From a virus, in the IMG/VR virus record IMGVR_UViG_3300030106_006795, positions 16,746 to 80,745 of that record: a stretch of DNA of 64,000 bases. One strand, written 5' to 3'. Positions within the stretch are counted from its first letter, which is position 1. Each line of letters begins with the position of its first letter. Positions 48,245 to 55,642 of the stretch are shown piece by piece. The position numbers and the translations under genes are program-made. Below the pieces are notes generated by a model. The model made no database searches and had not been told where the DNA came from. It was given only the letters and a program-made list of their open reading frames with translations.

Positions 48245-48841
48245 TTGATTGAAGATCTTACAGATTCTGCCTTAACTGATTTGATCAAGGCTGACAATGA
48301 TGAGGATGCTTTAGATGAGTTAATATCAAGGCATTCTGGTATTTATGTGGACATGCTCAAAAGATTTGGCATGAATTGCTTGACAGAAAATCAAGTTATT
48401 GACATCATGAAGGATAAGGATTATACGATCTACAAAGCAGCTTTGGAATATGATGAGAGCAAAGCAAAGTTTTCAACACATCTAGCTAATAAAACTAAAT
48501 ACATGTGTTTGACACAGAAAACTAAAAATAAAAACAATAAGGTTACTGGCAACTTTGATGATATAGAGTTTTTCCAAAAAGACAAATCCTCACCACCTGA
48601 TGAATCTTGTAAGATTAATGATTCTTTTAGTAGAATTTTGAATTTAATAGATAAACATAAAGATCATAGACTTAAGACAATCTTTCATGAAAGATATTTT
48701 TGTGGAAGAAGAGGTAAATTAAAACCTTGGAAAGAGGTCGCCAAAAAAATAAATTTGTCAGCGCAGGGTTGTATTAATATTCATGACAAAGCCATAAAAG
48801 AATTCAGTTACAGAATCGACAATGAAAAAATTAAATTTTGA
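48245..48841 (+). CDS. Phage sigma70-family-like transcription factor
   Basis: Region-2-like ALDELISRHSG...YD.SK.KFSTHL and region-4 HTH WKEVAKKINLSAQGCINIHDKAI. Likely TTG start at 48245, 7 nt after TTGATT-16 nt-TATAGT; the track starts it at 48191. Confidence 0.75.
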   Translation: MIEDLTDSALTDLIKADNDEDALDELISRHSGIYVDMLKRFGMNCLTENQVIDIMKDKDYTIYKAALEYDESKAKFSTHLANKTKYMCLTQKTKNKNNKVTGNFDDIEFFQKDKSSPPDESCKINDSFSRILNLIDKHKDHRLKTIFHERYFCGRRGKLKPWKEVAKKINLSAQGCINIHDKAIKEFSYRIDNEKIKF

Positions 48842-49919
48842 TGGGCCTATAAATGGATTAAGTTTAGGCAACGTCTGCGTTAACTTTTTAAGAGAGTTAA
48901 AAGAGAGAGATTTAGATATTGGGTTTTTCCCAGTCGGGGATCAAGGTCAGTTTGAGGCTTATGATAAATTAAACGACGATTTTAAAAAGTGGGTAGAACA
49001 CACTGCTACATCTAGGTTAAAAAAATTAAAACCAGAAACACCTACATTAAAAGTTTGGCACATTAATGGTTCTGAGAAAGTATTACCAAACCAGTATTTG
49101 TATAGTTTTTATGAAGTAGATTCCCCAACTGAAGAGGAAATCAATATTGTAAAACTACAAAAACATGTTTTCTTTTCTTGCTCAGAGGCCGCTGAGACAT
49201 TCAAGAAAAGTGGTTGTGACAATGTTTCTTATATACCCCTTGGCTTTGACCCAGATTTTCATGAAGTCGATAAAGAACATTTAAAAGATACAATCCACTT
49301 CGGTATAATTGGAAAATTTGAAAGAAGAAAAAATACTCAAGCAATTATACAACTCTGGACTCAAAAGTATGGCAATAACCCGAAATATCAATTAAGCTGC
49401 TTGGTTCATAATCCATTTTTAAAAGATGAACAAATGAAGCAAGCTATGGTTAATTCTTTGAGCGGTCAAAACTGGTCAAATGTTAATTTTCTACCTCACC
49501 TGAGAACTAATTCTGAAGTAAACGATTTTTTAAATTCAATAGACATTGATTTATCTGGACTATCAAATGGAGAGGGCTGGAATCTACCTTCATTTAATGC
49601 TACAGCACTTGGCAAATGGTCTGTTGTAAGCAATTGTTCCGCTCATAAAGATTGGGCAACAGATGAAAACTGTATTTTAGTAGATCCTGTTGGGAAACAA
49701 GACTGTTATGATAACTTCTTTTTTAAAGAAGGAATGCCATTCAACCAAGGACAATACTACAAATTAAACGGAGATGATATCCTAGCTGGCTTCGATAAAG
49801 CTGTCGAAAAGGCGGGACAAAAAAACACAGAAGGGACAAAATTGCGGGACAAGTTTACCTATTCTAAAACCGTCGATTCTATTTTAGACTATATATACAG
49901 TGATTTAGAAACGGTATAA
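48822..49919 (+). CDS. GT-B (GT4-like) glycosyltransferase
   Basis: IPLGFD, GKFERRKN, GEGWNLP...ALGK. Confidence 0.85.
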   Translation: MKKLNFDGPINGLSLGNVCVNFLRELKERDLDIGFFPVGDQGQFEAYDKLNDDFKKWVEHTATSRLKKLKPETPTLKVWHINGSEKVLPNQYLYSFYEVDSPTEEEINIVKLQKHVFFSCSEAAETFKKSGCDNVSYIPLGFDPDFHEVDKEHLKDTIHFGIIGKFERRKNTQAIIQLWTQKYGNNPKYQLSCLVHNPFLKDEQMKQAMVNSLSGQNWSNVNFLPHLRTNSEVNDFLNSIDIDLSGLSNGEGWNLPSFNATALGKWSVVSNCSAHKDWATDENCILVDPVGKQDCYDNFFFKEGMPFNQGQYYKLNGDDILAGFDKAVEKAGQKNTEGTKLRDKFTYSKTVDSILDYIYSDLETV

Positions 49920-49941
49920 AAAATGTTAATAGTAATATATT

Positions 49942-50268
49942 ATGAATTATAAATTAAATACTCACTTATTGGATAACTTCTTTGATGCATTTGGAACAAG
50001 TAAACACGCTGATGTTAAAGACTGCGGCGATGTATACAGTGCTGAATTTGAGCTTGCTGGCTTTGCCAAAGATGACATTGATATTACAGCAACAAACGAT
50101 AATTTAATTATCAAAGCAAAAAATGACAAGCGTCAAAAGGAATTTAAATTAAATTTATATGGCGCTGTATCAGTAGAGAACATTAGTTGCGATACTGAAA
50201 ATGGCTTACTCACTATCACAATGCCTAAAAAATGTGTTAGTGAACAACGCAAAATTAGCATTAATTAA
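49942..50268 (+). CDS. Small heat-shock protein (Hsp20)
   Basis: ELAGFAKDDIDI, NGLLTITMPK alpha-crystallin motifs. Confidence 0.9.
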   Translation: MNYKLNTHLLDNFFDAFGTSKHADVKDCGDVYSAEFELAGFAKDDIDITATNDNLIIKAKNDKRQKEFKLNLYGAVSVENISCDTENGLLTITMPKKCVSEQRKISIN

Positions 50269-50645
50269 TGCCGATTTACGTTTATAAACATCCCACTGAG
50301 GAGAGGTATGAGGAAGTCGTTCAGTCAATGAGCGAGCCTCATACTTTCTCTAAAGATGGAGTTGAATGGCAAAGAATTTTTTTGCCGCCAAATACATCAA
50401 TTTCTGCCGATGCAGATCCATTTAGCCAAAATTCTTTTGTAGAGAAAACAGCAAATATGAAAGGAACCTTTGGAGATATGATGGATTATTCTGCTGAACT
50501 CAGCGAGAAAAGAGCAGCAAAATCAGGAGGAGAAGATCCTTTAAAGAAAAAACTGTTTAAAGACTACGAAAAAAGAGTAGGCAAAAAACACGTTGCTGAT
50601 AAAAAACCTACAGACAATAAATCTTTTAAGATTGATTTAGATTAA
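50268..50645 (+). CDS. FmdB-like ribbon protein lacking cysteines
   Basis: MPIYVY.......EVVQSMSE...WQRIF. Confidence 0.6.
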   Translation: MPIYVYKHPTEERYEEVVQSMSEPHTFSKDGVEWQRIFLPPNTSISADADPFSQNSFVEKTANMKGTFGDMMDYSAELSEKRAAKSGGEDPLKKKLFKDYEKRVGKKHVADKKPTDNKSFKIDLD

Positions 50646-51463
50646 GGTGTGCTGCCAGAAATAGCAATACCCCTCCATGCACTCGCTCCTACATAAACTA
50701 ACAATGTAGATCCTGAGATAGCCAAAGCTCCAGTCGCTGGAGCAGCAGCAGTTCCCGCTATACTGCTATTTCCTGACCAAAGCGGAAGAGCAAAACCTGT
50801 TTCAAATCTTGCTGCTTCTGTAAATGTTGCTGTGTTCGTAAATGTTGAAGCTCCTCTTATAAAGGACGAGCCTAAAACTTCTAAATTTCCACTAAATACT
50901 CCAGAATTATCCGACTTTAAGTTTGCCGCTACGTTAACGTCTCCATCCTCAAAGAAAAAGCCAGAATCAAACTGAAGGTGCATGGTGTTTGGTTCCGAAA
51001 CAGTTAGACTGCTTGCTGATTTTGTATCCTTTATTGCGACACAACCAGTTGCCGTTTGCGTAAAAGAGATATTCCTTCCTATTGCTGTATTTTGCTGAGT
51101 TCCAGTTGAAAAGTCTGCATTGTATCCATTTATAACTAAATTATTGGTTCCACTAATCTCTGAAGAATTAGCTATAATAGCAACATTAAAACCATCATTT
51201 GGTCCATCTCCGAGATCTGTATCAGTTCCTTGAAAAAGCAAGTTCCCAGAATCAACATTAAAATTATTATTTCCAGTATTTGCTAGGCCAAATACAGACT
51301 TTCCATTGGTCAGAAGCTGTCCAGTAAAAGCAAAATCACCAGTTAACCCTCTAGAAATATTGAGTTTAACTCCAGTATCAAGTTGCCCAATTCTGATATC
51401 GCCAGAATCACTAAAAAAAGTTGCTAACTGAATCTGTTCAGGTTGAATTTTGTTGAATGCCAT
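50642..51463 (-). CDS. Putative virion protein, [S/T]-G rich
   Basis: Beta-rich composition; GTGTAA at 51489-51494; sits antisense within a plus-strand block. Confidence 0.7.
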   Translation of the reverse strand: MAFNKIQPEQIQLATFFSDSGDIRIGQLDTGVKLNISRGLTGDFAFTGQLLTNGKSVFGLANTGNNNFNVDSGNLLFQGTDTDLGDGPNDGFNVAIIANSSEISGTNNLVINGYNADFSTGTQQNTAIGRNISFTQTATGCVAIKDTKSASSLTVSEPNTMHLQFDSGFFFEDGDVNVAANLKSDNSGVFSGNLEVLGSSFIRGASTFTNTATFTEAARFETGFALPLWSGNSSIAGTAAAPATGALAISGSTLLVYVGASAWRGIAISGSTP

Positions 51464-51501
51464 ACTACAATAGATTATCTTTTATAAATTACACGAATTC
51501 A

Positions 51502-52062
51502 ATGAAATTTACTCTTTATAAGCCAAACTCTAAAAATACAGGTGCTGCATTTAGTTTTGATCTAGCAAAGGATAAAAAGGGGAATGCAGTAATGTATGTC
51601 TCAATGATCCAACAACATAGCTGGAATGATAAGACAAAAAGCGGCTCTTTTAAGGAGAATGCCAAAAATCCTGAAAAATCTGGCACAATTAAACTATCAG
51701 CAAATGAAGCTGGAGAGGTTCTCTCTTCATTTAAGACTAGAATCCCTTTTGTGGCATTTCATAGGAGAAACGACGATACAACAATTATTAAATTCACACC
51801 TTGGGATAAAAAAAGAAAAATTATGGGCAAGGATGGAGACACTTGGCACGAAACTCCAGCATTTGGAGTTAGCGTCACAAGAAATTCCACCATGACATTC
51901 AAACTCCCGCTAGAAGCAGGAGAAACAGAAGTCCTAGCAGAACTTCTTAAAAAATACATTCTAGAATCTTTTATTGTTGCAGACGCATATAAACCACAAG
52001 CGCCTAAAGAGGAAATCCAAGAAGATACACCAGATATTGAAGATTCAGATGTCCCATTCTAA
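51502..52062 (+). CDS. Putative single-stranded DNA-binding protein
   Basis: Beta-rich basic core with SSB-type acidic tail DIEDSDVPF; likely ATG at 51502. Confidence 0.55.
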   Translation: MKFTLYKPNSKNTGAAFSFDLAKDKKGNAVMYVSMIQQHSWNDKTKSGSFKENAKNPEKSGTIKLSANEAGEVLSSFKTRIPFVAFHRRNDDTTIIKFTPWDKKRKIMGKDGDTWHETPAFGVSVTRNSTMTFKLPLEAGETEVLAELLKKYILESFIVADAYKPQAPKEEIQEDTPDIEDSDVPF

Positions 52063-53758
52063 AAAGCTGAAAGTATTATTCCATTCCAACCATAGTAGAT
52101 TAGTAACTGGTTTTGGAAAAAATGCTAAAAATATATTATTAGCTCTCCATGAAGACCCAGACATAGAAGTTGTAGAGGCTGGAAACGGAGCAAAATTTGG
52201 TGCGGATTTAATGACACCTTGGGAAAGCTATGGAACTCATCCAAGCAACCCGAGCATTCTTCAAGCTATTCAAGGAGATGGGCCAAAAGAAAGAATAGCT
52301 CAATATGGTTTTTATACTATAGATGAAATTGTAGAAAAATGTAAGCCTGATGTATATCTTGGAGTTGAAGACATTTGGGCTTTCTCGGAATATCAAAATA
52401 AACCGTGGTGGAATAAAATAAATAAAGTCCTTTGGACAACTTTAGATAGTCTACCAATTTTAGATCAAGCCCTACAGATGGAACCACATTGCGACAAAAT
52501 GCTTGTGTGGGCGACCTTTGCGGAAGAGGAGATGAAAAAACTTGGTCATAAAAATGTAGAAACGCTTCATGGCGCTGTTGACTATACACACTTTAATCCA
52601 TTAGAAAATAGAGTAGAGATAAGGAAAAAATTTGGCATAAATGATAGTTTTAATATAGGTTTTGTATTTAAAAATCAATTAAGAAAATCAGTCCCAAATT
52701 TATTGCAAGGTTTTAAATTGTTTCAAAAAGATAACCCAGAAATAAAAACAAAACTTTTACTTCACACAGACTGGGGAGAAATAGGACAAGGGTGGGATAT
52801 ACCTAGATATATAAGAGAAATGCAAGTCGATCCAAACGATGTTTTGGCGACTTATATTTGTCACTCTTGCAATTTTTACCATGTAGGACCATATCAAGGA
52901 GAAGATAAAACCTGTCCAAAATGTGGTAAGGAAAAAACATTTAAGACAAAAAATAGTCTAAAAGGAATAACAGAAAAAGAACTTAACGAATTATATAATT
53001 GCATGGATGTTTATTGCCATCCATTCACCAGCGGGGGTCAAGAACTACCAATTCAAGAAGCTAAAGCTGCTGGGTTGATAACTCTAGTCACTGAATATTC
53101 TTGCGGGACAGACTCTTGTTATGATTACCAAGGAGGCATTCCTTTAAAATGGAATGAATACAGAGAACCTCAAACACAATTTGTAAAAGCTTCAACTTGT
53201 CCTCAAGACATAGCAAACAAACTATATAAAGTTTATAGCATGGAAGATGTAGATAAATGGACTTTATCAACAAATGGAATGAAACATGTTAAAGATGAAT
53301 TTTCTGTAGAAACAATTACAGAAAAACTAAAAAATATTTTATATTCTTTAAAAAAACCAATTGAGACAAAAACCGAAAAGACAGAAAAACAGGAACCTCT
53401 CAGCATAGATGATGTTTTAGGAGATGAAGGAGTCGAAAATAGAATAGCAGTTGTCTTGCCAGAATCTGCTGGAGATATTTTGATACTCAACTCACTAATG
53501 GATAATTTAAAATCATTATATCCTGAAAAAAATATTTATGTTTTTACAAATCCGCAGTTCTATCAAATGATAGAAGATAATCCAAGTGTTCATAAGCTTC
53601 TCCCTTATCAACCATCTTTAGAAAATCTTCTTATGCTAGAAGGAAGGGGTGACCACAAGGGTTATTTTGAAATGGCATTTTTACCAAACATAGGAACACA
53701 GAGGCACCTCAATTATCTCCACAACGGCAAAGATAAAACACAATTTGAATTAAGATGA
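52049..53758 (+). CDS. GT4-like glycosyltransferase with an inserted zinc ribbon and a C-terminal GT9-like N-domain
   Basis: TGFG, KNQLRK, CHSC...CPKC, GGQELPIQEAKAAG; then IAVVLPESAGDILI...LK.LYP...NP.V. Likely ATG at 52049. Confidence 0.8.
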   Translation: MSHSKKLKVLFHSNHSRLVTGFGKNAKNILLALHEDPDIEVVEAGNGAKFGADLMTPWESYGTHPSNPSILQAIQGDGPKERIAQYGFYTIDEIVEKCKPDVYLGVEDIWAFSEYQNKPWWNKINKVLWTTLDSLPILDQALQMEPHCDKMLVWATFAEEEMKKLGHKNVETLHGAVDYTHFNPLENRVEIRKKFGINDSFNIGFVFKNQLRKSVPNLLQGFKLFQKDNPEIKTKLLLHTDWGEIGQGWDIPRYIREMQVDPNDVLATYICHSCNFYHVGPYQGEDKTCPKCGKEKTFKTKNSLKGITEKELNELYNCMDVYCHPFTSGGQELPIQEAKAAGLITLVTEYSCGTDSCYDYQGGIPLKWNEYREPQTQFVKASTCPQDIANKLYKVYSMEDVDKWTLSTNGMKHVKDEFSVETITEKLKNILYSLKKPIETKTEKTEKQEPLSIDDVLGDEGVENRIAVVLPESAGDILILNSLMDNLKSLYPEKNIYVFTNPQFYQMIEDNPSVHKLLPYQPSLENLLMLEGRGDHKGYFEMAFLPNIGTQRHLNYLHNGKDKTQFELR

Positions 53759-54879
53759 GTCATTTAGCTGAAGAATATGCAAAATCCTGTGGAGTCAAAA
53801 TTGGCAAACCAATTTTAAAACCACACTACTTCCCAGTTCTGCACGAAAAATATATTACCATTCACAATGATAAAAAGGTTCAATCTAAAGAATATAACAT
53901 GTGGACAGATGTCATCAATCTACTGAAGCCACAACTAGGTGATATAAAAATTATTCAAGTAGGAGCATTCGGAGAGGATAAAATTGAAGGAGTTGATGAA
54001 CACTTGCCAACAGCAACACTGAAACAGTCATCATATGTAATTCAAAAAGGAATGGGACATGTGGGAATAGATAGTGTTCCTGTCCACATAGCTTCAGCTT
54101 TAGACAAGCCTGTAGTTGCAATTTATTCTCATACTTATGCATCAACTTGCGATCCCTTATGGAATGATAAAAGCAAAGCCATCACCATTGAATCAGACAG
54201 AGGGGGTAAGAAACCTTCTTTTTCTCTACAAGAAAACCCTAAAACAATTAATTTAATTAAACCAGAAAAGATAGCGCAGTCAGTTTTGGATGTTTTAGAA
54301 ATAGATAAAAAGATAAAACACAAAACTCTTTTTATAGGCAACTCATATGTATCTAATTTTGTAGAAGTAATTCCTACAGAAAACACCAGTGTTCAATCAA
54401 AACATATTGATGTAAGGATGGATTACTGTCACAACGAAGAAGTTTTAGCAAACATTATTCAGAGAAATGAAGTAGAAGTAACCTTATCAAAACCGATACA
54501 TGAAAATTTTCTATCCTCTGGTCGAATTAAAAAAGTTATTTACAAAACGGAAAAGTTTGATGCAAAATTTATTGAGATAGTAGAAAAATCTGGAATACCC
54601 CACATGTTTATATGCACCTCATCTAAAAACCTATCTGAACAAAGATCAAAGTTTTTTGAGGTTTTAATAAATCATTTAGACATAAACGAGGTAATTAAAA
54701 ATAATAAAAAAAGAATTGAAGTCAAAGACTTTGAAAAAATAAAAATCAAAAGCGGTAAAAAAGTTGTTTGTGGAAACAAAATTTACGAGAGCTTTTATGA
54801 TCTTAATGAAAGGAAAAATTTAAACCATTTTTATCTTGATTTAGATTTCTTTAGGGTTTATACTGAAGGAGATGAGTAA
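53755..54879 (+). CDS. GT9 (heptosyltransferase-family) C-terminal domain protein
   Basis: K.Y..W..VI..L, IIQVG, HVGIDSVPVHIASALDKPVVAIY. Confidence 0.8.
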   Translation: MSHLAEEYAKSCGVKIGKPILKPHYFPVLHEKYITIHNDKKVQSKEYNMWTDVINLLKPQLGDIKIIQVGAFGEDKIEGVDEHLPTATLKQSSYVIQKGMGHVGIDSVPVHIASALDKPVVAIYSHTYASTCDPLWNDKSKAITIESDRGGKKPSFSLQENPKTINLIKPEKIAQSVLDVLEIDKKIKHKTLFIGNSYVSNFVEVIPTENTSVQSKHIDVRMDYCHNEEVLANIIQRNEVEVTLSKPIHENFLSSGRIKKVIYKTEKFDAKFIEIVEKSGIPHMFICTSSKNLSEQRSKFFEVLINHLDINEVIKNNKKRIEVKDFEKIKIKSGKKVVCGNKIYESFYDLNERKNLNHFYLDLDFFRVYTEGDE

Positions 54880-55642
54880 GAAAACTACCTACGGTCCAGA
54901 TATCTACAAACGCAATGAGCATGGGTTGCTTGAAAATGTAGACTATGAATTTAACGAGGATGGCTCTGTGAATTGGAGAGCCATGATTAAGGAAGAGTTC
55001 CTCTACCCTAATAAGGATTGGTTTGTATCTAGGAAGAAAGATGTTCCTACTTCTAGTGAAGGGTTAAACGACAAACAACTACTGATTATGCTCGGAGGAA
55101 TTAAAGAATTAGCTAAAATGCGTGGATATTCTACCGTTGCTTTTGATGTAGTTCATTCTTCAGATGGCTATGTTACCGCTAAATGCACAATCAGTTGGAA
55201 TAAGAACTACGAAACACAAGACGAGGTTGTTTATCAAGACTATGCCAATGCCACTCTTGCCAATACAGACAATTTCTGTGCTAAATTCCTAGAAACAATC
55301 GCCTGTAATCGCGCTTTTGTCCGTTGTGTGCGTAATTATCTCAATATCCACATTGTGGGTGCAGATGAGATTGATAAGTCAAAAGGAGCTAATAATTCCA
55401 ACACTGTGGAATATGATGCCTCTAGCGACTCTGCTATGTTGCCTTTAACGCCAGCAGGAACGCTCCAGAAGGCTTTGGATGAAGATAATGGAGTAAAGTC
55501 CTTTGATGACTTCAAGTCTCTTCTCAGGACATTCTGGAAGGAAGAAATCTATAAAAACGAGGAAGCGGCAAACTGGAAGTCTTACGACGATATTCCAGCA
55601 AAAGAATGCAGAAAGCTTATTGCAATCTGCAAAAAATCATAG
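54872..55642 (+). CDS. Putative Rad52/Sak-like single-strand annealing protein
   Basis: GIKELA..RG, beta-hairpin, A.A...ETIACNRAFVRCVRNYLNI pattern. Confidence 0.5.
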   Translation: MSKKTTYGPDIYKRNEHGLLENVDYEFNEDGSVNWRAMIKEEFLYPNKDWFVSRKKDVPTSSEGLNDKQLLIMLGGIKELAKMRGYSTVAFDVVHSSDGYVTAKCTISWNKNYETQDEVVYQDYANATLANTDNFCAKFLETIACNRAFVRCVRNYLNIHIVGADEIDKSKGANNSNTVEYDASSDSAMLPLTPAGTLQKALDEDNGVKSFDDFKSLLRTFWKEEIYKNEEAANWKSYDDIPAKECRKLIAICKKS

